Assembly (NCBI GenBank): GCA_950097015.1
Contig: CATNEN010000041.1
Span: 2,294,001 to 2,358,000 of the forward strand
DNA length: 64,000 bases
From: Macrostomum hystrix
Lineage: Eukaryota > Animalia > Platyhelminthes
Reading direction: 5' to 3'
The notes below the pieces were generated by a model, which was not told the DNA's origin, made no database searches, and saw nothing but the letters and a program-made list of their open reading frames with translations. Within the stretch, counting starts at the first letter, position 1. Every line of letters begins with the position of its first letter. A program made the translations under genes and the position numbers. Shown here one piece after another: positions 1 through 13,700 of the stretch.

Positions 1-236
1 TCACCTGTAACAGACTGAGCCTCACCTGTACCAGACTGAGCCTCACCTGTACCAGACTGAGCCTCACCTGTAACAGACTGAGCCTCACATGTACCAGACT
101 GAGCCTCACCTGTACCAGACTGAGCCTCACCTGTAACAGACTGAGCCTCACCTGTAACAGACTGAGCCTCACATGTACCAGACTGAGCCTCACCTGTACC
201 AGACTGAGCCTCACATGTACCAGACTGAGCCTCACG
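1..236. repeat. 21-bp minisatellite (TCACCTGTACCAGACTGAGCC), truncated by the window start
   Basis: About 11 near-identical tandem units read directly. Confidence 0.95.
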
Positions 237-1743
237 TTAGGCCTTACCTGTGCCAAAGCAAATCTCACCCGCATTATGCTTAACCTGTACAAGAATAGAA
301 CTCACATGTACCAGACTGAGCCTTGCTAACGCTCGAACTGAATCCCCAAACCAATGTTTCAGGAAGGCCAACCCAGTCCGCCTCATAGCTATGTAGCTGT
401 GTTAACACTCCAGCTCACTTAGTTTCTGCTTGCCAAGTTCATTGTTACCTTTACTATTCGTGTAAGTTGTTTGAATGTGCGGACATGATCCACTAACCCA
501 AAAACATTGTGTCAAAAGAGTGTTACACAAAAAATAACATTTTCCTTTGCGTTCGTAAGATGCATCTAGGATGCATTGAATTTTTCTTACCGGTGGTGCA
601 AATGTACTTAACAAAGAGTGCCGTGAGTTAAACCCCGATTCGAATCCGGGTCGCTTGTCACATCCCGCCGGTGGCATTGTGGAGCTTGCATGGAATACAA
701 ACTGGCACTATTGAAATTGAAATTGTAATTTCAGGTTTCCCAATCTCCTGAGAGGCGAAACAACATTCCTCTCCATCAATAGGTTGTCCTTCTAGGAGGA
801 GGCTGGCTCGACCGATCGGATGGGCGCGGCGGAGGTTTCTGTGCCAACCATTTTTTCTCTGTTTCAAATTTTCCTAGAAATGCGACTCATTGCCTCTAGT
901 TACAGCTGAAATCTGCTTATGTAGGAGGGCTCAGCACTCAATGCCAGCCTTCGAAATGCGATTGTCTAAGGAGGGTTGCTTTGATGCTATTTTTAGAAAA
1001 CCTTACGGGAATCCCAAAAGGGAATCCCTCTCACGGGTCACGCAATTGACTGCACAGCAAATGAAATTTCGAAGACAGATTTATGTCGAATATAGCAGCA
1101 ATGCACAGGCAGGGACTTCTAAATTCAGTAAAATCCTATAGTAATTTAGTAGTCCTGGCACAGGCCTACAAGTGTAGGACAAGAGCGCTTTCAGCCAGTG
1201 AGTGACAGTCGCACAACCTGATTGAAGCCGTCATAAATGTGCATAATAAATAAAGATTCGCTGTGTTTTCTAATGAATGATCCAATTATCAGTGCTTTGC
1301 CGTGAAATTTCTGGCTGACTGTCCAGCACGCCGCCCTGCAGCCCAGAGCCTCCTGTGTGACTTCATGCTGCACTAAATCGAATGAGAACTTTGTTTTTTC
1401 CCAAGCTTTTTATTTTTACTCAAATTTCCTCCGTAGTTATTTGCAGTATAAATCAGTTTTTATCGATGTGTTCACTTCAGCTGTTTTACAATCATATGAG
1501 CAAATTTAACTCCAAATTTAGAGAATCAAAATCAATAAAGCAATCAATCAATTCGAAACTTGATAAGTTTTTAATTATCTAGCTAGCGATACATGTCCCA
1601 ACTACCGCTACTTGCAGTAGTACAGTTTGGTGCTTGATAAGTTTTTAATTATCTAGCTAGCGATACATGTCCCAACTACCGCTACTTGCAGTAGTACAGT
1701 TTGGTGCTCAATGTAAACTGTCACGCACCTTTCCAATTTCAAG

Positions 1744-1888
1744 CCGCATCGCCATCAGCCCCCGCTCGGTCGTGTCGGCCGACCTGGTCGGCAGCAACAG
1801 CGGCCTGGCCCACCTGCCCAGCAGGCCCAGCAGCGCAGCGCACAGGCTGTTCGCACCTGCCGTCAGGTCTGCTGGCTCCCGCATATGA
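1744..1888 (+). CDS. Probable terminal coding exon of an unidentified gene that starts before the window (RIAISPRSVVSADLVG...AGSRI*)
   Basis: GC-rich island in AT-rich flanks, preceded by a pyrimidine tract plus AAG acceptor (1741-1743), open to TGA at 1886-1888. No family recognised. Confidence 0.45.
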
Positions 1889-2261
1889 CAACAGAGTGCT
1901 TGTTAGATGTGCCTTCATCTCCGCTTGTGACCCTTGCTCCGATTGCACTCCATTGCACTCAGAGCTGTATTGAATGCATTGCTGAATTCTCTTGCTTTTT
2001 GTTTCCATCAGCTCCGTACAGTAGCCAGCAGCACAGATGCTCTGGTCATGCTGTGCTGCCCGGCCTGCCAACTATTTGTTACGAGCTACCAATATTTTCT
2101 TCTCATAATGCACCGCCTGAGAGGGCCGACCTGCTCAATACAAATCTGAAAATGTGTGCACTATTCTTTTGAGTCTAAACTCGTGTCCGCCTAGTGCTAA
2201 ACTCCAAGCAATACCTCGTTTCTGCTTTCCTTCACTTTAATGCTAGGAATCTAGGATCAGT

Positions 2262-2545
2262 AGACATATCTAGGATGCCAGATGACATGTCTAGGATGCC
2301 AGATGACATGTCTAGGATGCCAGATGACATGTCTAGGATGCCAGATGACATGTCTAGGATGCCAGATGACATGTCTAGGATGCCAGATGACATGTCTAGG
2401 ATGCCAGATGACATATCTAGGATGCCAGATGACATGTCTAGGATGCCAGATGACATATCTAGGATGCCAGATGACATGTCTAGGATGCCAGATGACATAT
2501 CTAGGATGCCAGATGACATATCTAGGATGCCAGATGACATGTCTA
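2262..2545. repeat. 21-bp minisatellite (TCTAGGATGCCAGATGACATG), about 13 copies
   Basis: Direct reading; generates the SRMPDDM-type ORFs. Confidence 0.95.
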
Positions 2546-3069
2546 TAAAGTGATAAACCCATAAGGCGGGTGTTAAACCGCTGTTTGCTGACACTTAGGC
2601 ACAGACACTAAATATAGTGGAATCTGGAACGCCAATCAAAAATATATTTGCCGATAACGAAGGAAAACAGAGGAAGTAAATCAGTTCCAACAAGTCTATT
2701 ATAATCGGAGGACGAGTAAATTGTCAATGACCGTCAACCACATCAGGAAGGCAGGCGCGCCGAATCAAAATAGAAACGAAATAATTGATTCATTGGATTG
2801 GGGATTGCGCGAGACAACTAACTCGGAATAAAACAGGCCGGGCATTGCAGAATGATTAGAGCCGCTTATGCAATGGGGCACCTTGATTTTTTATTAACTG
2901 CTCACGACATCACGAGTGGCACTGGACAACACGGGTTTAAACAGTGAGTAATTTAGCCAACTGGCCTGCAGCACAAAATATTAGAAAGAAAATTAGCTTT
3001 CAGAACATCATCGATGGAACTGGATAGCGAGAACACCAACAGACCGCCGCTACAGCACATTTATGCCTG

Positions 3070-4335
3070 ACAATGACCCTCATCTGACACCACTGGGTGT
3101 GCAGACAATGACCCTCACCTGACACCGCTGGGTGTGCAGACAATGACCCTCACCTGACACCGCTGGGTGTGCAGACAATGACCCTCACCTGACACCGCTG
3201 GGTGTGCAGACAATGACCCTCACCTGACACCGCTGGGTGTGCAGACAATGACCCTCACCTGACACCACTGGGTATGCAGACAATGACCCTCACCTGACAC
3301 CGCTGGGTATGCAGACAATGACCCTCACCTAACACCACTGGGTGTGCAGACAATGACCCTCACCTGACACGGCTGGGTATGCAGACAATGACCCTCACCT
3401 AACACCACTGGGTGTGCAGACAATGACCCTCACCTGACACCGCTGGGTATGCAGACAATGACCCTCACCTAACACCACTGGGTGTGCAGACAATGACCCT
3501 CACCTGACACCGCTGGGTATGCAGACAATGACCCTCACCTAACACCACTGGGTGTGCAGACAATGACCCTCACCTGACACCACTGGGTGTGCAGACAATG
3601 ACCCTCACCTGACACCGCTGGGTATGCAGACAATGACCCTCACCTGACACCACTGGGTGTGCAGACAATGACCCTCACCTAACACCACTGGGTGTGCAGA
3701 CAATGACCCTCACCTGACACGGCTGGGTATGCAGACAATGACCCTCACCTGACACCGCTGGGTGTGCAGACAATGACCCTCACCTAACACCACTGGGTGT
3801 GCAGACAATGACCCTCACCTGACACGGCTGGGTATGCAGACAATGACCCTCACCTGACACCGCTGGGTGTGCAGACAATGACCCTCACCTAACACCACTG
3901 GGTGTGCAGACAATGACCCTCACCTGACACCGCTGGGTGTGCAGACAATGACCCTCACCTGACACCACTGGGTGTGCAGACAATGACCCTCACCTGACAC
4001 GGCTGGGTATGCAGACAATGACCCTCACCTGACACCGCTGGGTGTGCAGACAATGACCCTCACCTAACACCACTGGGTGTGCAGACAATGACCCTCACCT
4101 GACACCACTGGGTGTGCAGACAATGACCCTCACCTGACACCACTGGGTATGCAGACAATGACCCTCACCTAACACCACTGGGTGTGCAGACAATGACCCT
4201 CACCTGACACCGCTGGGTGTGCAGACAATGACCCTCACCTGACACCACTGGGTGTGCAGACAATGACCCTCACCTGACACCACTGGGTGTGCAGACAATG
4301 ACCCTCACCTGACACCACTGGGTGTGCAGACAATG
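3070..4335. repeat. 35-bp minisatellite (GACAATGACCCTCACCTGACACCGCTGGGTGTGCA), about 36 copies
   Basis: Direct reading. Confidence 0.95.
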
Positions 4336-4710
4336 TTCCCTCTAAGATCTGAGACAGGACCGAATAAGTTCAAGACCCGGTGCATCTGTGTGGCTGTAGC
4401 AGCGGTTCTGTAAGGCGGCACTGCACTAGAGAAACCAATAATCAAAGAGATGCACGGGACAACAAAAGCAGAATAAAAGTGACATATATTGTTTTACTAT
4501 TTGCTTTACTGGAGATAAGCTAGGAACGCAGACATCGAGAATTAATCGAGAACGAGACAGTTGCGTTAGCAAACGCTGAGAAACAGTTCTCACCTAAAGG
4601 AAAAGTGCAACACACCATTTAAGAGCCAATCAAAGTCTAGATAGGATTCAGTTAACAGCTTGAACCAACCAATCACAGCTAGTCTGCGCCAGTCACAGTC
4701 ATTGCCGCAC

Positions 4711-7700
4711 TCAAGCATCTGGCTCAACCGAGTGAAAGTTGAAGGGCTCGAACTTGTGGCCCTCGCCCTTGTAGAACTTGTTCATGAACTCCACCCAGTG
4801 CAGGCGCAGGGCGTGCAGGAAGGCGGACAGGCCTTCCATCAGCAGCAGCACCGCCACGGTCAGCACGGCCCAGAAGTAGAACACAACGGCCAGCATTATG
4901 CTGCCGACGAAGCCCTCCTGCTTGAGCCCGATGGCCAGCACCATGGTCCACAGCACCTCGGACAGCTGGGCGTGGGCCAAGGACAGGGCCCACAGGCGCA
5001 GGTAGCTGGCCGTGTTGGAGATGCAGCCAAGGCAGTACTCGATCGTGTGGATGGTCTGGTGCACGAAGATCTCGCCAATTTCGAACTGAAATCGGGCAAA
5101 AGCGAGGGCGGGCAGCCATTGAGCTGCAGCAGACGAAAGGTGATTGCCTCTGGAGGCATCTGGAGGTCGTGGGGAGGCAGCTGTGCCTAAAGATGTGGAG
5201 GTCATTCTAAAGATATGGCAGCAGAGCCTGAAGATGTGGAGGTCATTCTGGAGATATGGCAGCAGAGTCTGAAGATGTGGAGGTCATTCTGAAGATATGG
5301 CAGCAGAGCCTGAAGATGTGGAGGTCATTCTGAAGATATGGCAGCAGAGTCTGAAGATGTGGAGGTCATTCTGGAGATATGGCAGCAGAGCCTGAAGATG
5401 TGGAGGTCATTCTGGAGATATGGCAGCAGAGTCTGAAGATGTGGAGGTCATTCTGGAGATATGGCAGCAGAGTCTGAAGATGTGGAGGTCATTCTGGAGA
5501 TATGGCAGCAGAGCCTGAAGATGTGGAGGTCATTCTGGAGATATGGCAGCAGAGCCTGAAGATGTGGAGGTCATTCTGAAGATATGGCAGCAGAGCCTGA
5601 AGATGTGGAGGTCATTCTGAAGATATGGCAGCAGAGCCTGAAGATGTGGAGGTCATTCTGAAGATATGGCAGCAGAGCCTGAAGATGTGGAGGTCATTCT
5701 GAAGATATGGCAGCAGAGCCTGAAGATGTGGAGGTCATTCTGAAGATATGGCTGCGGAGGCAGCATTTCTAAGTAGAAAATGCCAAACAATACCTCTTCA
5801 TCTTCGGAGCCGTGATGGGGGGCCATGTCCACGGTCTGGTGGTGCGTGACCTCCTGTGTCTGACCCACCGGAGTGCCGGCTTGCGGTCCGCCGCGGAGCT
5901 GCTGCTGACGCAGCTGGTTCTTGTGCCGAGAGTGCAGCACCAGCGGCTTGGTTAGCAGCATCCAGGGCACGCAGACAACAATGAGAAGCAGCAGGACGAT
6001 CTGGACAGGCTTGTAGCCAGGGTAGATCTCAGAGCAGTTCTCAAGCGGCTCAGGGTACTTTATCAGGAACATGTTGATCAGGCCTGGTGGAGCGGTTTCG
6101 GGTGCGAAACATTTTGAGCAAGCACATGCGGAATGCAACAAAAATTGATGCTATGAGACCATAATGCGGCACTGACCAATCAGCAGGTTGGGCGCGCAGT
6201 TGCTGTTCTTGCCGGAGTAAGCAATCCACTTGTAGATGATAAGAATGACCAGGTAGCCAAACATGGCCATCATGAAGAGCAGCTGGGGAAGGAACTCGCC
6301 GATTACCGATAGGAAGTCGCGCCGGTGCAGATGGTTTGTGAGGCCGACGCAGACGCCAAAGACCATGTGGATGACGCCTAGTACCACAGAGGCCTTCATT
6401 TTTATTGTGTTGCTGAAGGTGATCTTGTTCACTGACACCTAGGCAAGGAAATGAAAGTGAAAAAATCTATAATATCTAAGCTAGGTGCTAGATAGCATAT
6501 CCATACTAACTGCTGCAGCTCTTGCCACGATTCCAGCTGAAGCTCTTGCTTCGATTCTAGCTGAAGCTCTTGCTTCGATTCTAGCTGCAGCTCTTGCTTC
6601 GATTCTAGCTGCAGCTCTTGCTACGATTCTAGCTGAAGCTCTTGCTTCGATTCTAGCTGCAGCTCTTGCTTCGATTCTAGCTGCAGCTCTTGCTACGATT
6701 CTAGCTGAAGCTCTTGCTTCGATTCTAGCTGCAGCTCTTGCTTCGATTCTAGCTGCAGCTCTTGCTACGATTCTAGCTGAAGCTCTTGCTTCGATTCTAG
6801 CTGCAGCTCTTGCTTCGATTCTAGCTGCAGCTCTTGCTACGATTCTAGCTGAAGCTCTTGCTTCGATTCTAGCTGCAGCTCTTGCTTCGATTCTAGCTGC
6901 AGCTCTTGCTACGATTCTAGCTGAAGCTCTTGCTTCGATTCTAGCTGCAGCTCTTGCTTCGATTCTAGCTGCAGCTCTTGCTACGATTCTAGCTGAAGCT
7001 CTTGCTTCGATTCTAGCTGCAGCTCTTGCTTCGATTCTAGCTGCAGCTCTTGCTACGATTCTAGCTGAAGCTCTTGCTTCGATTCTAGCTGCAGCTCTTT
7101 CTACGATTCCAGCTGCAGCTCTTGCTACAATTACAGCTGAAGCTCTTGCTATGATTCTAGCTGCAGCTCTTGCTACGATTCCAGATAAAGCTCTTGCTTC
7201 GATTCCAGCTGAAGCTCTTGCTATGATTCTAGCTGCAGCTCTTGCTACGATTCCAGATTCGACTCTGACTGCAGCGCATAAACTGGGCCGACTTACCTGC
7301 CAGATGGGATCCAGGCCGAACGGATAGGGATTTTCTTTCCACGCGGATGCGCCGGAAGCGTTAGGATTCAGCTGCAGAGAGTCGGTCTTGCGCAGAATTT
7401 CCCTGACAGCGTCGCCAGACAGGGATGTGTTGAACTGGCCCTTGACACTCCAGCCGGAGCTGAAGATGTTCACCGAGTGTGAGAACACGTCATTGTAGAT
7501 CAGGCCGGTGTAGATAGAGAACAGGCCCATTAGCAGGATGATGTAGCGACCGTTGAAGAACGTGGCCCAGATCTCCGAAGTCTTGGTGGTCGGCGCCAGC
7601 TGCCGCTCGCGGACCACCATCCACAGCGCGGCCAGGAACATGAGCGCGCCGTGGCCGAAGTCACCGTACATCACGGCAAACAAAAATGGGAAGGTGATGA

Positions 7701-10700
7701 CGGCGAAAGGCGTCGGGTTGGCCTCGCGGTAGGAGGCCACACCATAGGCGTCGATGATGTTCTGGAAGCCGACAGTCAGCTTGTTGACACGAAAGTAGGT
7801 CGGTGGTGCCTCTCGAGTGGTCATGCGATTCAGGATGGGCGGCACCGAGCTGCCAGCACGCTCCGTGCCTCTGCAGGATTTGAACAATTAAATGTAGTGG
7901 TACTACTGACAGTAGGCTGTGTGTGACACTACTGACAGTAGGCTGTGTGTGACACTACTGACAGTAGGCTGTGTGTGACACTACTGACAGTAGGCTGTGT
8001 GGGACACTACTGACAGTAGGCTGTGTGTGACACTGCTGACAGTAGGCTGTGTGGGACACTACTGACAGTAGGCTGTGTGTGACACTACTGACAGTAGGCT
8101 GTGTGGGACACTACTGACAGTAGGCTGTGTGTGACACTGCTGACAGTAGGCTGTGTGGGACACTACTGACAGTAGGCTGTGTGTGACACTGCTGACAGTA
8201 GGCTGTGTGGGACACTACTGACAGTAGGCTGTGTGTGACACTACTGACAGTAGGCTGTGTGGGACACTACTGACAGTAGGCTGTGTGTGACACTACTGAC
8301 AGTAGGCTGTGTGTGACACTACTGACAGTAGGCTGTGTGTGACACTGCTGACAGTAGGCTGTGTGGGACACTACTGACAGTAGGCTGTGTGTGACACTAC
8401 TGACAGTAGGCTGTGTGTGACACTACTGACAGTAGGCTGTGTGTGACACTGCTGACAGTAGGCTGTGTGGGACACTACTGACAGTAGGCTGTGTGTGACA
8501 CTACTGACAGTAGGCTGTGTGTGACACTACTGACAGTAGGCTGTGTGGGACACTACTGACAGTAGGCTGTGTGTGACACTACTGACAGTAGGCTGTGTGT
8601 GACACTACTGACAGTAGGCTGTGTGTGACACTGCTGACAGTAGGCTGTGTGGGACACTACTGACAGTAGGCTGTGTGTGACACTACTGACAGTAGGCTGT
8701 GTGTGACACTACTGACAGTAGGCTGTGTGTGACACTACTGACAGTAGGCTGTGTGTGACACTACTGACAGTAGGCTGTGTGTGACACTACTGACAGTAGG
8801 CTGTGTGTGACACTACTGACAGTAGGCTGTGTGTGACACTGCTGACAGTAGGCTGTGTGGGACACTACTGACAGTAGGCTGTGTGTGACACTACTGACAG
8901 TAGGCTGTGTGTGACACTACTGACAGTAGGCTGTGTGTGACACTGCTGACAGTAGGCTGTGTGGGACACTACTGACAGTAGGCTGTGTGTGACACTACTG
9001 ACAGTAGGCTGTGTGTGACACTACTGACAGTAGGCTGTGTGGGACACTACTGACAGTAGGCTGTGTGTGACACTACTGACAGTAGGCTGTGTGTGACACT
9101 ACTGACAGTAGGCTGTGTGTGACACTGCTGACAGTAGGCTGTGTGGGACACTACTGACAGTAGGCTGTGTGTGACACTACTGACAGTAGGCTGTGTGTGA
9201 CACTACTGACAGTAGGCTGTGTGTGACACTACTGACAGTAGGCTGTGTGTGACACTACTGACAGTAGGCTGTGTGTGACACTACTGACAGTAGGCTGTGT
9301 GGGACACTACTGACAGTAGGCTGTGTGGGACACTACTGACAGTAGGATGTGTGGGACACCCAGATATGTCAAGGCCTACACTAACGGGCAGATGATGATG
9401 AATGATGATAATGAATTGCGCGCCGCCTTACCTGCGCAGGGCCAGGTGAATCTTGTCCAGATCGTCAACAGCGCACCAGGCCTCGCCAATGAGGCATTTG
9501 CTGGTGGCCTCAACGTTAAACATGTTGAGGGTGTGATAGATGGCCTTGATCTTGCCCACCTTGATAAACCAGAGGCGCAGATTCTTGGCCGCTGACATAA
9601 GCAGCCGGCGCCGATGGTCCACGGTGGTGTTGAGCACGGTGTTGAGGTCCTCGATGCGGGTCATCACGGAGATGGCCATCTCGCGCCGCTCGGCCTGGCT
9701 GTCGGGGCAGGGGTAGAGGCTGGCGCGGAAGCCCTCGCAGATCTTCTTCACCCGGTTCTTGAGCTGCTCGCCCTGGAAGAACACGATGAAGACGGCCTTC
9801 AGCACCTCGTCGCCGGAGGCCGGGTCCTCCAGCGGCACGTCAATGTCGGCCTGCTTGAGGAAGACGTTGCCGCGGCAGACTCGCCACAGCATGCGCTCGA
9901 AGGCCGGCAGGCGCTCGCGCAGCAGGACGCCGGCCACGAATCTGCGGGTCGGCGGCGGATCCCGGCTCGCAACAATGTCCCGCAACATGCCGTGCCCGCT
10001 TTGAAAGGCCTCCGGTCTCAAGTTCACACTGACTGATCCCAGCAATAAAATCCTGCTTCAGCCCAGACCCAGCAGTGGGAGAACAGAGTTTCGGGCATAC
10101 AAGGTGCAGGCCACGATAGCCGACGGTTTGAAACACCTCAGCCCGAGGCACAATGCTCCCTTCCAGCTGGGAAATCAGAGGAAGGGAAACATTACCCACC
10201 AAGCATACTAAGCAAATTAAGGATCAATGCTAAGTTATTGATGCTAACGCAGTAATTACGTATAGCTCATCAAATCTTGGCAACAATGATTCAGTAGTGG
10301 ATACGTGAGAATGAATCAGTTAAACTCGAGTGCTGATGGCTAGCATAGCAACTGGGGAGATAAAATGGAACACGAATCACGCGCGCAAAATAAAAAACGC
10401 AAAAAACTAAAGTGATAGAAGTACTTTTGACAGCAATACTCCGACTAATCAGAACGGCCAAAAACACATCTGAGTCTAACTCTGAGCACATCATTTGTTT
10501 TTTCTGTTGTGAATTTTAGTAAAGCCATTTAAATAATCACTAGAAATTATCTCTTAGCCATGACTTCCTTGTTTACTTTGAGCAAACTAAATCATTACCT
10601 GTTTACTTTGAGCACACTAAATCATTACCTGTTTACTTTGAGCACACTAAATCATTACCTGATTACTTTGAGCACACTAAATCATTACCTGATTACTTTG

Positions 10701-13700
10701 AGCCCACTAAATCATTACCTGTTTACTTTGAGCACACTAAATCATTACCTGTTTACATTGAGCACACTAAATTATTACCTGACTACTTTGAGCCCACCAA
10801 CTCAATTCCCTGATTACTTTGAGCCCACCAACTCAATTCCCTGATTACTTTGAGCCCACCAACTCAATTCCCTGATTACTTTGAGCCCACCAACTCAATT
10901 CCCTGATTACTTTGAGCCCACCAACTCAATTCCCAGATTACTTTGAGCCCACCAACTCAATTCCCTGATTACTTTGAGCCCACCAACTCAATTCCCTGAT
11001 TACTTTGAGCACACCAACTCAATTCCCTGATTACTTTGAGCCCACCAACTCAATTCCCTGATTAATTTGAACGCACAAAATCATTGCCATGCAATGCCGT
11101 TGCAAATTAAAAGTTACAATGCGCAATAAATGGAAGCAAATGAAAATTAAAGGCCTAAAATCAAAAGTAAAAACGTCGCGATTCGTGCAGTCGTATACAT
11201 GGCAACCAGGCTGCTCAATCAGAGCAGTGGACGCCTGAGGCGCCGAACTCACTCAAACCGAAATCCGCGGCTGCCGATGCCCGCGACTTCGTCGACTGCG
11301 GCGGCGGCTGAGGAGCCACCGCCGCCGCTGCTGGTGAGGGCCACGTCGGCTTTGTAGAGCGAGTTGCTCCACGACTCCTCATCCGTGACCCGGCCCTGCG
11401 CCTAGGCGGATGCGGAGCAGATGTGAGGCATTGGACATTGTGCCAGTGTCAAACAAAAGCGGACCGCAGCGATAACTCGAGCAAATAAAAGAACAGCAGC
11501 CAAGCAAAACCGGTCATGCGGTACAAAATAGATAGCAAAAATGTAACACAAACATAGCAGTAAGGAAGCAGCACTGCTACTGCCCTAACTGTTCAAATGA
11601 CACAACAGAAAACCAAAAACCACAGCGAGTGTGCGAACACAACAAACGATGAGAAACTGAAACTGTATTCCAGAGACCGAAGACCTTTCCTGACTGCACT
11701 GGCAGGCCTGGTAGGCAGAGCGCACCCAGCTCATACTCACTGCAGCTGCAGGCCGCCAGCCTGTGGCCAGGCCTCATCTCGCCCGGCTCCAATGAGGCTG
11801 GCCCGCTCATCGGACTGATGCCGCTGCCTGGCTTCTCCAGGGCCGCCGCCGCCCAGGGCGCGGCCTAGCGGGCCACCCCGCTGCTGTTCAACCGTCTGCG
11901 CAGGCGATATTGTTTAAATGATATTCGAATGCTACTACTGATTAGGTGAATAGCAGTAGTATGATGGTAAGCTATGGCAGTTTAAACGACAAGATTATTA
12001 GAGCTATTTGACTGCAAGGCCGCACAGGCTGCCCCTGGTACACACCAGGGGAGATAGCATTCAAAGATAAGGCCGAGTGGTTTGCGAGCTTTTTCTTACC
12101 TGTTCAAGCCATTGCTAAGTAAGCAGCCTGTGCGTAATATGTTAATTTCTTGGCTAAGCCCGTGAAGGCAGGTAAAATTTTCGTCACTGACTTTGCCTGC
12201 AATCTGAAAACCTGCAATCTCCTGGTGTGTACATTTATGCCTGTACAAGTTCAGTGTACAATGAAGCCAATTCTGAGCCAGAAACGGCGATAGTGGAGCC
12301 ATACGCCACCAGGTCACCCAAGCTAAATAAAGCAAATCAAATTAACAATAGGATCATCACATTTTAGCACGGTCTTCAGACTGGTCCTTCTTTAGTCTCC
12401 ATGGTCTTCAGACTGGTCCTTCTTTAGTCTCCATGGTCTTCAGACTGGCCCTACTTCAATATCCAATGGTCATCAGACTGGTCCTACTTCAATATCCAAT
12501 GATCTTCAGACTGGCCCTACTTCAATATCCAATGGTCATCAGACTGGCCCTACTTCAATATCCAATGGTCTTCAGACTGGCCCTACTTCAATATCCAATG
12601 GTCTTCAGACTGGCCCTACTTCAATATCCAATGGTCATCAGACTGGCCCTACTTCAATATCCAATGGTCATCAGACTGGCCCTACTTCAATATCCAATGG
12701 TCATCAGACTGGCCCTACTTCAATATCCAATGGTCATCAGACTGGCCCTACTTCAATATCCAATGGTCATCAGACTGGCCCTACTTCAATATCCAATGGT
12801 CATCAGACTGGCCCTACTTCAATATCCAATGATCTTCAGACTGGCCCTACTTCAATATCCAATGGTCATCAGACTGGCCCTACTTCAATATCCAATGGTC
12901 TTCAGACTGGCCCTACTTCAATATCCAATGGTCATCAGACTGGCCCTACTTCAATATCCAATGGTCTTCAGACTGGTCCTACTTCAATATCCAATGGTCT
13001 TCAGACTGGCCCTACTTCAATATCCAATGGTCTTCAGACTGGCCCTACTTCAATATCCAATGGTCTTCAGACTGGCCCTACTTCAATATCCAATGGTCTT
13101 CAGACTGGCCCTACTTCAATATCCAATGGTCTTCAGACTGGCCCTACTTCAATATCCAATGATCTTCAGACTGGCCCTACTTCAATATCCAATGGTCTTC
13201 AGACTGGTCCTACTTCAATATCCAATGGTCATCAGACTGGTCCTACTTCAATATCCAATGGTCATCAGACTGGTCCTACTTCAATATCCAATGGTCATCA
13301 GACTGGTCCTTGTCCCTTTAAAATGGTCCCCTCAGACTTCTCCAAATCCGAGCAAACGGCCGCTGAGCGACTGGGGTCCCCCCCAATAGACTGGTCCTTC
13401 TCTCCTCTTCGATGTTCTTTAAACTAGCCTTTCCTACCCAATGGTCCCCGACTGATATTTCTGATCCCATGCCGCAGTCCAGCCCGAACTGACTCACCTC
13501 CTCGAAGAAAGTCTGGGTCTTGCGCAGAATGTGCTTGAGCTCGGTGAGCTCCAGGTAGTTGCGCTTCAGCGACTCCTCGTTGGCATTGACATCACGCAGC
13601 TCATTCTCCAGCTTCTCCAGGTTGGCCTCCAGGTCGACCATCTCGCGTGGATTTGGCGCCTCCGGGTTGTCGCCAGTGTCCAGCACAGGCACGCTGTCCT

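Noticed and set aside
3070-4335. CRISPR-like regular 35-bp repeats
   Set aside because: The units are head-to-tail with no unique spacers, there are no cas genes, and the context is eukaryotic.
9942-10045. N-terminal part of ORF 9428-10045 as coding sequence
   Set aside because: The acceptor CCCGCAG at 9944-9942 restores the conserved xFVAGV junction, so the upstream part is intronic.
13318-13497. Possible third V-ATPase alternative exon ([11 protein letters not shown] resembles ERASLIG)
   Set aside because: No phase-0 AG acceptor or good phase-2 donor was found; the frame ends in a stop and the sequence resembles the seed of the adjacent 33-bp array.
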